Assembly (NCBI GenBank): GCA_944383405.1
Contig: CALWPL010000002.1
Location: 67,358-131,357 of the forward strand
DNA from: an uncultured Clostridia bacterium
GTDB taxonomy: Bacteria; Bacillota; Clostridia; Christensenellales; UBA1242
Length of the DNA: 64,000 bases
Reading direction: 5' to 3'
This document shows, piece after piece, positions 8,961 through 17,226 of the stretch. Each line of letters starts with the position of its first letter. Within the stretch, counting starts at the first letter, position 1. The notes under the pieces were generated by a model that saw only the letters and a program-made list of their open reading frames with translations, had not been told where the DNA came from and did no database searches. Made by a program: the position numbers and the translations under genes.

Positions 8961-9372
8961 AAATTTTATTTGTAAGTTTTTTTAATTAATAACAAAACCT
9001 TTAAAAACTAAATTTATAATTTTTTTGATATTTAAAAAATAGTGAGAACAATTTATCTTGCTATTTTTTTTATTATATTAGTCTTAAAAAAGACTATATT
9101 TTAATTTAGCAAAAATATAGCACTAAAACTCAAACTTGTTTAATATTTTCTGGTAGTTTGAAAAATAATAGACAAAAAATATTTTTGTTACTGTACTTCT
9201 AAAATTTATTTGTAAAATTATAATTTGATTAATAAAATTTTCTTAAATTGCATAAAAAATTAGGTAAATTAATTAGAAAAAAGGTAAGAAAAACACATAA
9301 TTTCTTTTATTAATGCTAATTCCACGATTTAAGTAAAAAGTCAAGTCCTAATGCCAAAATTTTTATTAAATT

Positions 9373-9415
9373 TTCAACTTTGTGCAAGGTTGACAAAAAT
9401 TCAACTTTGTGCAAG
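9373..9415 (+). promoter_or_regulatory. Two copies of a 16-bp direct repeat TTCAACTTTGTGCAAG upstream of nrdD
   Basis: Identical 16-mers lie at 9373-9388 and 9400-9415, 27 bp apart. Each runs into an imperfect dyad TTGTGCA-N3-TTNACAA. The binding factor is unknown. Confidence 0.45.
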
Positions 9416-9429
9416 ATTTACAAATGTTT

Positions 9430-9478
9430 ACACAAGATATAGTATTTTGTCAAAATTTCTTGACACTATATATTGTGT
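9430..9478 (+). promoter_or_regulatory. Tandem NrdR boxes overlapping the nrdD promoter
   Basis: ACACAAGATATAGTAT (9430-9445) and ACACTATATATTGTGT (9463-9478) fit the NrdR box consensus acaCwAtATaTwGtgt. The second box lies in the spacer of TTGACA (9460-9465)...TGGTAAATT. Confidence 0.75.
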
Positions 9479-9518
9479 GGTGGTAAATTGATGGCATAGC
9501 AAAAAAAGGAGAGAAGAA

Positions 9519-11639
9519 ATGATTACGCAAGTTAGAAAAAGAGACGGAAAAATTGAAAATTATGATAGGCATAAGATAGCAAACGCAATATATAAGGCTG
9601 CTATCGCATGCGACGGGCATGACAAGGGAACTGCTGATAGGCTCGCAGAAGAAGTTGAAAGGATTATTAATAATAAGTATGGAAGCAAGATGCCAACAGT
9701 TGAAGAAATACAGGATACTGTTGAAAAGGTTTTAATTGAGAATAGGCATGCAAGAGTTGCAAAGGCGTTTATTCTTTATAGAGAAAAGAGAACGGCTGCA
9801 AGGGAACTCAATGCACTTACTGGGGCAACTATTGACCTTTTTACAAAATATCTTGACAGTGCTGACTGGGCAGTTAAGGAAAATGCAAATATGCAGCATA
9901 GTGTTGCAGGGCTTAATAATTATGTAAGGGAAACCTTTACAAAGAATTATTGGCTAAATGAGATATATCCACAAGAGATTAAAGAAGCACATGAGAGTGG
10001 GGCTATACATCTTCATGACTTAGGCTTTTTTGGTGCGTATTGTGTTGGTTGGGATTTAAGGCAGATTTTAACAGAAGGTTTTACAGGTGTTCCAAAGAAA
10101 ATGTCAAGCAATCCACCAAAGCACCTTAGGTCTTTCTTAGGACAGGTTGTAAATGCAACTTTTACTACACAAGGGGAAACTGCTGGGGCTCAGGCTTGGA
10201 GCAGTTTTGACACATATTGTGCTCCATTTGTAAGGGCTGACAATTTGACTTATGCACAAGTAAAGCAGGCTTTACAAGAATTCATTTTTAACATGAATGT
10301 TCCAACAAGGGTTGGGTTCCAATGTCCTTTTTCTAACATTACCCTTGACATCAAGTGCCCAAAGACCCTAAGAGACCAGCCGGTTGTCATTGGCGGACAA
10401 CTACAAGACACGACTTATGGCGAATATCAAGAAGAAATGGATATAATCAATAAGGCGTTCTGTGAAGTTATGCTTGAAGGAGATTCAAAGGGCAGGGTAT
10501 TTACTTTCCCAATTCCTACTATTAATGTTACAAAAGACCTTGACTGGAATAGTGATGTCGTAAATTCTATTATGGATATCACTTGTAAATATGGTATTCC
10601 TTATTTTGCAAACTATGTCAATTCTGACCTTTCGCCTGAGGACGCTGTTTCTATGTGTTGTAGATTAAGGCTTAATGTTTCAGAACTAAGGAAGCGTGGT
10701 GGCGGACTATTTGGCTCAAACCCACTTACAGGGTCGATAGGCGTTGTAACAATTAATCTTCCAAGAATTGGCTACCTTGCAGAAAATGAAAGTGCTTATT
10801 TTGCAATGCTTTCAAAGTATGCTGACCTTGCTAAAAACTCTCTTGAAATCAAGAGAAAAGTTGTTGAAAATCAGACAGAGAAAGGGCTTTATCCTTACTG
10901 CAAATTCTATTTAAAAGATGTTAAGAAAAGAACAGGGGGGTATTGGTCAAACCACTTTAATACAATAGGCATTGTTGGAATGAACGAAAGTTTGCTTAAT
11001 TTCCTTGGCAAAGACATTACAACAGACGAAGGACAGGCTTTTGCTCTTAAAGTTATGAATTATTTAAGGCAAAAAATGATTGAGTATCAAGAAGAAACAG
11101 GAAATCAATATAACCTTGAAGCAACCCCAGCAGAAGGCGTAAGTGCTAGACTTGCAAAACTTGATAAAAAGAGATTCCCAGACATTATTACCGCTGGAAA
11201 AAATGCTGTATCTTATACCAATTCAACACAAATTCCTGTTGAATATACAGACGATATATTTAAGGTTGTTTCTTTACAGGACGAACTTCAATCACTTTAT
11301 ACTGGCGGAACTGTTCTTCACTTGTATCTTGGGGAAAGAATTGAAGATAAGGAAGTTTGCAAGGCTTTAATTAGAAAGATTTTTGAAACATCAAAAATGC
11401 CTTATATTTCAATTACTCCTACCTTCAGTGTTTGTGAAGACCATGGCTACATTGCTGGCGAGCATTTCGAGTGCCCAGAGTGTGGGAAAAAGGCAGAAGT
11501 TTGGTCAAGAGTTGTAGGTTATTTAAGACCTGTTCAAGACTATAATGACAGCAAATTTGACGAGTATATGAATAGAAAGAAGTTTGTTATAGACGAAGAA
11601 GAAATTGAAGATTGTTTAAGTGATTTTAGGGCTGACTAG
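9519..11639 (+). CDS. nrdD: Anaerobic ribonucleoside-triphosphate reductase (class III RNR)
   Basis: 706 aa. It has an N-terminal ATP-cone (VRKRDGKIENYDRHKIANAI), a C-terminal Zn-ribbon CPECG and the glycyl-radical motif RVVGYLRPV. Confidence 0.95.
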   Translation: MITQVRKRDGKIENYDRHKIANAIYKAAIACDGHDKGTADRLAEEVERIINNKYGSKMPTVEEIQDTVEKVLIENRHARVAKAFILYREKRTAARELNALTGATIDLFTKYLDSADWAVKENANMQHSVAGLNNYVRETFTKNYWLNEIYPQEIKEAHESGAIHLHDLGFFGAYCVGWDLRQILTEGFTGVPKKMSSNPPKHLRSFLGQVVNATFTTQGETAGAQAWSSFDTYCAPFVRADNLTYAQVKQALQEFIFNMNVPTRVGFQCPFSNITLDIKCPKTLRDQPVVIGGQLQDTTYGEYQEEMDIINKAFCEVMLEGDSKGRVFTFPIPTINVTKDLDWNSDVVNSIMDITCKYGIPYFANYVNSDLSPEDAVSMCCRLRLNVSELRKRGGGLFGSNPLTGSIGVVTINLPRIGYLAENESAYFAMLSKYADLAKNSLEIKRKVVENQTEKGLYPYCKFYLKDVKKRTGGYWSNHFNTIGIVGMNESLLNFLGKDITTDEGQAFALKVMNYLRQKMIEYQEETGNQYNLEATPAEGVSARLAKLDKKRFPDIITAGKNAVSYTNSTQIPVEYTDDIFKVVSLQDELQSLYTGGTVLHLYLGERIEDKEVCKALIRKIFETSKMPYISITPTFSVCEDHGYIAGEHFECPECGKKAEVWSRVVGYLRPVQDYNDSKFDEYMNRKKFVIDEEEIEDCLSDFRAD

Positions 11640-11650
11640 GCATAAAAGGC

Positions 11651-11675
11651 GGGGGCTTTATGCTCCCGTATTTTT
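11651..11675 (+). terminator. Putative terminator/attenuating hairpin after nrdD
   Basis: GGGGGC-tttat-GCTCCC stem-loop followed by gtattttt. Confidence 0.5.
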
Positions 11676-11803
11676 AGAAAACTCATATAGATAAATAAAT
11701 TTAAAACTTTCACTTATAAAAGGCTAAAATATCAATATCATGTGTTTTTAGGTCTAAAAAATTTAAAAATAGTGTCAGTTTTAAATAATTAGGAGAAACT
11801 AAA

Positions 11804-12478
11804 ATGCATATTGGTGGAGTTGTTAAAAACTCTTTTGTTGATTATCCAGGAAAAATTGCGTGTACTATTTTTACTATCGGTTGTAATTATAATTGTTGGT
11901 ATTGCCACAATTCACATTTACTATCAAGTAAGGACAAGATTGACGAAAATAAGGTGCTAGAATTTTTAAGGGAAAGGAAAAATTGGTTAGATGGTGTTGT
12001 TGTGTCTGGAGGAGAACCTACTTTGCAACCTGACCTTGAAGAGTTTATAAAAAAAATAAAGGACATGGATTATCCAGTAAAACTTGATACAAATGGCAGC
12101 AATTTTGATGTGTTAAAAAGGCTTGTTGACAATAAACTTGTTGATTATGTTGCGATGGATATTAAAGCGCCTTTTGATAAGTATAAAAATATTACTCAAA
12201 CGGATGTTAATATTGAAAATGTAAAAAAGAGTATTGAGTTTTTAAAGAGTGGTCAAGTTGACTATGAATTTAGAACGACTTTTTCGCCAGATTTAACAGT
12301 TGACGATATTGAGAACATTTGTAAAGAGATAAAGGGGGCTAAAAATTATAGTATTCAAAAATATAGGGTGGTTGAATATAATAAAATTAATATGAAGCCT
12401 AAAAATCACGAAGAACATATACGAGCAAGGGATGTCGCTAAAAAATATGTTCAAAATGTGCTTGTTAAGGGCGATTAG
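11804..12478 (+). CDS. nrdG: Anaerobic RNR activating protein (radical SAM)
   Basis: It has the CNYNCWYCHN radical-SAM cysteine motif and the SGGEPTLQ motif, and lies directly downstream of nrdD. Confidence 0.9.
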   Translation: MHIGGVVKNSFVDYPGKIACTIFTIGCNYNCWYCHNSHLLSSKDKIDENKVLEFLRERKNWLDGVVVSGGEPTLQPDLEEFIKKIKDMDYPVKLDTNGSNFDVLKRLVDNKLVDYVAMDIKAPFDKYKNITQTDVNIENVKKSIEFLKSGQVDYEFRTTFSPDLTVDDIENICKEIKGAKNYSIQKYRVVEYNKINMKPKNHEEHIRARDVAKKYVQNVLVKGD

Positions 12479-12540
12479 AAAAATTAACAATTTTTATCTA
12501 AAAGTTATTACTTAAAGATGTAGTTTTATTTTATTAAAAA

Positions 12541-12562
12541 AGCCACAAGGTTACTTGTGGCT
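12541..12562. terminator. Bidirectional rho-independent terminator between nrdG and the convergent HD gene
   Basis: Perfect 9-bp stem agccacaag/cttgtggct with loop gtta, flanked by an A-run upstream and T-rich sequence downstream. Confidence 0.8.
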
Positions 12563-12613
12563 TAAATATTTCAGGCTTATAATAAAAGGTATTAAGGTTA
12601 GATATTGATTTTA

Positions 12614-13303
12614 TTAATTTTGGTGATAAAATTTTGTTAAAAAATTTGTTAAGTATTCGTTCCACTGTGGAGAATTTGTTTCTTTAAAAGTTTGCTTTAA
12701 GAAAGATACAAGAAAATTATGTCTTTCTTCAAGTTCGATTTTACCAGAAGTAGTTAGCATGAGATTTTTTAATTTTAGGCTTTTTTCAAAAAAATGGCAG
12801 ACGGACGAACTTGATGTTCTTGACATATAATTTTCGCTTGTCATATCTTCAACTGGGAAAGATTTTTCGTCAAAAAAGTCGCTACCATGAGTGATTGAAT
12901 ATTTGTGTGTTCTAATTATGCCCATGGCACCAACTGCATCGCACATGTCAGCGTCTGAGACAATCTTACCTTCAAGAGTGTTTGGTCTAATGCCTCTAAG
13001 TAGTTTATTATAACCCATTGAAGAGATTATGCTTAAAACATTTTCTTTGATATCTTCTGGAACATTTACTTTATTTAAAATGTCTTTTGCATTAGTTAGG
13101 TTTTTTGCATTTTCCATACCAAAGATTTTATAGTCGTCAACATCATGAAGAAGGCTTGCAAGAGCGACTATTGTTTTATTACCGCCTTCCTTTTTACAAA
13201 AATCTAGTGCTAGATTATAAACCCTATTTACATGGTCAAAGCCATGACCAGACATTTCATTATCTAGGAGTTGTTTTACATATTTAGTTGTTTCTTCTAT
13301 CAT
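12614..13303 (-). CDS. HD-domain metal-dependent phosphohydrolase
   Basis: GHGFDHVNRV ... LLHDVDD forms an H...HD...D signature. I prefer the start at MIEETT (13303) because GAGGT lies 9 nt upstream. The ORF track extends to 13321 on a TTG. Confidence 0.8.
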   Translation of the reverse strand: MIEETTKYVKQLLDNEMSGHGFDHVNRVYNLALDFCKKEGGNKTIVALASLLHDVDDYKIFGMENAKNLTNAKDILNKVNVPEDIKENVLSIISSMGYNKLLRGIRPNTLEGKIVSDADMCDAVGAMGIIRTHKYSITHGSDFFDEKSFPVEDMTSENYMSRTSSSSVCHFFEKSLKLKNLMLTTSGKIELEERHNFLVSFLKQTFKETNSPQWNEYLTNFLTKFYHQN

Positions 13304-13524
13304 AAAAATCATACCTCGCAAGTTATTATAACATATACCTTCAAAAAATAATAGTACCTTTTTATATATATGTGTTAAAAATTAATTTGTGAATAAAAAA
13401 ATGAGTATCAATTCTTGACAAATGTTTTGACATAAAAGTTTTTTATAATTATAGGCAAATTATGTTATTTTGCTTTTTTTAAATTATAAAATTTGTTATA
13501 ATACATTCTATTAAGGGGAAAAAA

Positions 13525-14535
13525 ATGTCAATTTATGAATTATGCATTGACCTTGGTAGTAATTACACTACGATTTACAAGAAAAACACAGGGATAGTTT
13601 TAAGGGAGCCGACGCTTGCTTTAATTCAGACAAGCGGTAAGGTTTCAAAGGTTTCAAAAATAGGTCTTGAAGCAGAGCGAATGATTGGGAAAACTGCTGA
13701 TGGGGAAGTATTAGTACACAGTGTTGTTGAAGGGGTAATAAAAAATCTTGACATTACTCAGAAAATCATAACTTATTTTTTAAACAAAGTAGCAAGGTAT
13801 AAGATGATTAAGCCAGCAATTAAGGTTATAGTCTGTTTGCCAGTAGGGTTAAGTGAGAATGAGTATGAGGACTACAAAAAGGTTTTTTATTCAATAGGCT
13901 TTGCAAAAATTGATTTTGTATACAACTGTGTAAGTTGCAGTTTAGTTGATACGCCTTATTTTAGTTTTAACAAGGCGTGCATGCTTGTTGACATTGGGGC
14001 TGGAAAAACAGAAATTGCGTCTGTTGTTAATGGCAAGATTTTAGATGCCTGTTCAATAAATGTTGGGGGGAACCTAATTGACAGCAGTATAGTTGATTAT
14101 TTACAAAAAACAAAGGGGTACAACATATCTTTAAGCACAGCACAAAAGTTAAAGAAAGAGATAGGCAGTTTATATGAAACAGACACTAGTAGCATGGAAG
14201 TTTTTGTACAAGATGCGAGTTTAAACACACAAGGCTCAATGGTAATAACGGCAAAAGAGATAATGAAGCCTATTTATGAAAATTATTTTAAAATAGTTCA
14301 GGCGATACAGGTGTTTTTTAACGAGTGCAGTAGTGAGACGGCGCAGGACATAAAAAATGAAGGGATAATATTGTATGGTGGGGCGTCTCAGATAACTGGG
14401 CTAGAAAAGTTTTTTAAGAAGATACTTAATATGTCTGTCTTTGTACTTGACAATCCAGAACTTTGTGGGGTGCTTGGGGCTGAGAAATTGTTTAGCAATT
14501 ATAATTTGCTTCAAAAGATTGTTGAAGAAAACTAA
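13525..14535 (+). CDS. mreB: MreB/Mbl-family actin-like protein (divergent)
   Basis: 336 aa. CIDLGSNYTTIYKKNTGIVLREPTLALI and VEGVIKNLDITQKIITYFL are collinear with MreB phosphate-1 and adjacent motifs. GGASQITGLEKF lies near the C-terminus. The gene sits upstream of minD as in Bacillus. Confidence 0.7.
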   Translation: MSIYELCIDLGSNYTTIYKKNTGIVLREPTLALIQTSGKVSKVSKIGLEAERMIGKTADGEVLVHSVVEGVIKNLDITQKIITYFLNKVARYKMIKPAIKVIVCLPVGLSENEYEDYKKVFYSIGFAKIDFVYNCVSCSLVDTPYFSFNKACMLVDIGAGKTEIASVVNGKILDACSINVGGNLIDSSIVDYLQKTKGYNISLSTAQKLKKEIGSLYETDTSSMEVFVQDASLNTQGSMVITAKEIMKPIYENYFKIVQAIQVFFNECSSETAQDIKNEGIILYGGASQITGLEKFFKKILNMSVFVLDNPELCGVLGAEKLFSNYNLLQKIVEEN

Positions 14536-14634
14536 ATAAATTGACTAATTTTGTAGAAGTTAAAAAAGTAAGGCAATTATTGTTTTACTTTTTTTATGCT
14601 TGGTATAAAATTTTTAAAATTATAAAGGAGTAGT

Positions 14635-15429
14635 ATGGCAAGAAAAATAGTTTTGACAAGCGGTAAAGGTGGGGTTGGAAAGACGACCATTTGTGCAAAT
14701 CTTGGGGTTGCACTTGCAAGACTTAACAAGAGAGTTGTGCTTGTGGATGTAGACATAGGTTTAAACAATTTAGATGTTGTAACAGGAGTTGAGAACAAGA
14801 TTGTTTATGACATAGTTGATGTAATAGAAGGGAAATGCAGGATAAAACAAGCGCTTATTCAGGACATTAATTTTCCAAATCTTTATATAATGCCGTCTGC
14901 TCATTCATATAATAAGGCACAGGTAACTGCTGAAAATGTAAAGAAGGTTATTGAAGGGCTAAATGACTATTTTGATTTTGTGCTTATTGATTGTCCAGCG
15001 GGGATTGACGAGCCATTTAAAAGGGCGGTGGGTGGAGCGGATGAGGCACTTGTTGTAGTTACTCCACATTTGTCGAGTTTAAGGGATGCGGATAAAGTAT
15101 TAATGATTCTTAGTAGTTATGACATTAAAGAGTATTCTCTTGTTGTAAATAGGGTTAGGGGAGACATGGTGCTTTATAAGGAAATGATAGATTGTAAGAA
15201 GATTTCTGAATTATTAGACGCAAGATTATCAGGTGTTATTCCAGAAGATGACAATATTACAACCTTTTTATCTGTTGGTAGGACTGTAAATAAAAGTTGC
15301 GAGTCTTATGAAGCCTTTATGATGCTTGCAAAAAATATTTTAGGAGAGACAAATAAGGTCTATGATTACACTGAAAAATACAGGGGGTTATTTGGTTTTT
15401 TTAAAAGAGCGTTAAGGAGAAAAATATAG
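14635..15429 (+). CDS. minD: Septum site-determining ATPase MinD
   Basis: It has the deviant Walker A SGKGGVGKTT, the IDCPAG motif, and a C-terminal amphipathic helix GLFGFFKRAL. Confidence 0.95.
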   Translation: MARKIVLTSGKGGVGKTTICANLGVALARLNKRVVLVDVDIGLNNLDVVTGVENKIVYDIVDVIEGKCRIKQALIQDINFPNLYIMPSAHSYNKAQVTAENVKKVIEGLNDYFDFVLIDCPAGIDEPFKRAVGGADEALVVVTPHLSSLRDADKVLMILSSYDIKEYSLVVNRVRGDMVLYKEMIDCKKISELLDARLSGVIPEDDNITTFLSVGRTVNKSCESYEAFMMLAKNILGETNKVYDYTEKYRGLFGFFKRALRRKI

Positions 15430-15431
15430 GT

Positions 15432-15674
15432 ATGAAAATTGCACAAAAATCAATGCTTAGGATAAAGGACATTTTAAAAAAGGACAAGGAAAATGTTTCA
15501 AGACCATTACTTTCACTAATTAAAAGCGATATTTTTTCTGTAATGAACAGATATTTTGAAGTAAAACTTGAAGATGTATTTGTAAGTTATTATGTTGGGG
15601 AAGACAACAAATATCATTTTGAGATAAAAGTAACTACAAACAGGCTAAAAAAATTAAATTTTTTGGGCGTTTAA
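15432..15674 (+). CDS. minE: Cell division topological specificity factor MinE (probable)
   Basis: 80 aa and starts 2 nt after the minD stop. The segment LLSLIKSDIFSVMNRYFEV resembles the MinE core. It is divergent. Confidence 0.6.
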   Translation: MKIAQKSMLRIKDILKKDKENVSRPLLSLIKSDIFSVMNRYFEVKLEDVFVSYYVGEDNKYHFEIKVTTNRLKKLNFLGV

Positions 15675-15710
15675 CTCATTTTTTTTGTTTAAAAGTCATA
15701 TCAATTTATT

Positions 15711-16289
15711 ATGAAAAAGTTTTTTAGTGGTGTGAAAATTTTTTTTAAAAAATATATGACTTTATTTATTATAGCGTTTATTTTTTTGTTTTTATTTATT
15801 TGTGATAGGTTGTCAACGAGAACTGGTAGCATGATAATGGATAACCTAAAATCTATTGCCACAAGTTTTACTCCAACAACTGACCTTTTTGATGATGGGA
15901 GTGAAGTTTCTTTTGTATCTTACTTTTTTGGCATGAAAGCACCAACTCGTAATGAGAAAGCAGAGTTTTATTTGCCAACAAACCATGAAAACCTGTCAAG
16001 CACTGACGACTTTTTATGTTATGGATATGATGGAGTCATAAATGCGGTTGCAAGTGGCGTTATAAGGGCTGTTGGGTACACAGCAAACGAAGAAAAGTAC
16101 ATTGAAATTGAACATTCTGAAGGGTATGTTTCAAGGTATGTTGGGCTAGATTTAGTTGGCGTGTCAACGGGTGATGGGGTCAATGCAAAAAGTCCAGTTG
16201 GGATAATAAATAAGAATACCAGTTTAAAGATATACATTCATAAGGATAATGATTTAGTTAAAATTAGTGAAATAGAATGGAAAAATTGA
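15711..16289 (+). CDS. Membrane-anchored M23/LytM-domain protein (SpoIVFA-like position)
   Basis: It has an N-terminal TM helix. The C-terminus ASGVIRAVGY...YIEIEHSEGYVSRYVGLDLVGVSTGDGVNAKSPVGI fits the LytM fold pattern. It overlaps the downstream M50 protease gene by 13 nt, and it follows minD as spoIVFA does in B. subtilis. Confidence 0.6.
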   Translation: MKKFFSGVKIFFKKYMTLFIIAFIFLFLFICDRLSTRTGSMIMDNLKSIATSFTPTTDLFDDGSEVSFVSYFFGMKAPTRNEKAEFYLPTNHENLSSTDDFLCYGYDGVINAVASGVIRAVGYTANEEKYIEIEHSEGYVSRYVGLDLVGVSTGDGVNAKSPVGIINKNTSLKIYIHKDNDLVKISEIEWKN

Positions 16290-17134
16290 AAATAAAAATA
16301 CACCCAACTTTTATTATATTTGGGTGTTTACTCGTATATTTTGGACAAGGTTTTTTATTTTTAAATTACCTATGCGTTATTTTTTTGCATGAACTTGCAC
16401 ACGCTTTTGTTGCAAGAAAATTAGGGTATAATATAAAAAATATTAAACTTATTCCATTTGGCATTTGTCTAAATATAAATTCAAGCGAGATTATGCCAGA
16501 AGACGAAATAAAAATTGCTCTTGCAGGTCCTATTTGTAATCTTATTTTAAGTTTATTTTGTTTTGCTATTTGGTGGCTTTTTCCTGCGAGTTATAATTAT
16601 ACATACCTTTTTTGCTATGCTAATTTGATAACTTGTTTGTTTAACTTGCTTCCTGCTTTTCCACTTGATGGCGGAAGAATACTTAGGGGAATTATTAGGT
16701 CAAAATCAAATAAAGATATTTCAAGTAAAATTTGTAAAATTGTAAATATAGTTCTTTGTGTTCTTCTTTTAGTGCTCTTTATTTTATCGTGCTTTGTTAG
16801 GGTAAACATAACCTATCTTTTTGTTATCTTTTGTTTACTATCTGGAATTTTTGATAAAAACGAACAGGACAAGTACACTTTCATTCAGTTTTCAACAGTT
16901 AAGAAGTCAAAAAAAATTGTCAAGTTAAAAAATTTATATATAAGTGAAGACGAAATGCTATATAAAGTGTGTAGACATATAGATAGTTTTTCATATTTAA
17001 ACTTGTATATTTTTGACAAAGATGAGCATTTAAAAATAATTTTGAGTGAGCAAGAATACTTAGGGTTAATAGAAAAGAGTTCTGCGACAAACACTTTTAA
17101 GGAAGCGTTAAATAGCAATAAAGGCACTTTTTAG
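16277..17134 (+). CDS. spoIVFB: Site-2 (M50) intramembrane metalloprotease, SpoIVFB-like
   Basis: It has the HELAH zinc motif (FLHELAHAFVARKLGY) and the NLLPAFPLDGGRIL motif, with multiple TM segments. It is 285 aa, comparable with SpoIVFB, and lies after min genes. A pro-sigK gene is present in the same window. Confidence 0.7.
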   Translation: MEKLKIKIHPTFIIFGCLLVYFGQGFLFLNYLCVIFLHELAHAFVARKLGYNIKNIKLIPFGICLNINSSEIMPEDEIKIALAGPICNLILSLFCFAIWWLFPASYNYTYLFCYANLITCLFNLLPAFPLDGGRILRGIIRSKSNKDISSKICKIVNIVLCVLLLVLFILSCFVRVNITYLFVIFCLLSGIFDKNEQDKYTFIQFSTVKKSKKIVKLKNLYISEDEMLYKVCRHIDSFSYLNLYIFDKDEHLKIILSEQEYLGLIEKSSATNTFKEALNSNKGTF

Positions 17135-17226
17135 GGCAAAATTCTTAAAATATTAAAAACAAATGTAAAAAAACATTTAACAAAATTCTTTTTTTTATGT
17201 ATGCTTAGGTATAAGGAAAAAGAGTT

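Noticed and set aside
8961-9518. Genomic island or prophage integrated at the 3' end of ssrA
   Set aside because: The 560-bp region after tmRNA has no integrase or any convincing ORF. I found no duplicated copy of the ssrA 3' end (ttcgattctcgtcgcctccacca) downstream.
9736-11370. Alternative-frame plus-strand ORFs inside nrdD (9736-9927, 11143-11370), and similar overlapping ORFs inside rnr, dnaK, dnaJ (56269-56562), recA, tgt, ruvB and other genes
   Set aside because: All are short, lack an SD, and overlap genes whose own frame carries unambiguous conserved motifs. They are the expected chance ORFs of the six-frame track.
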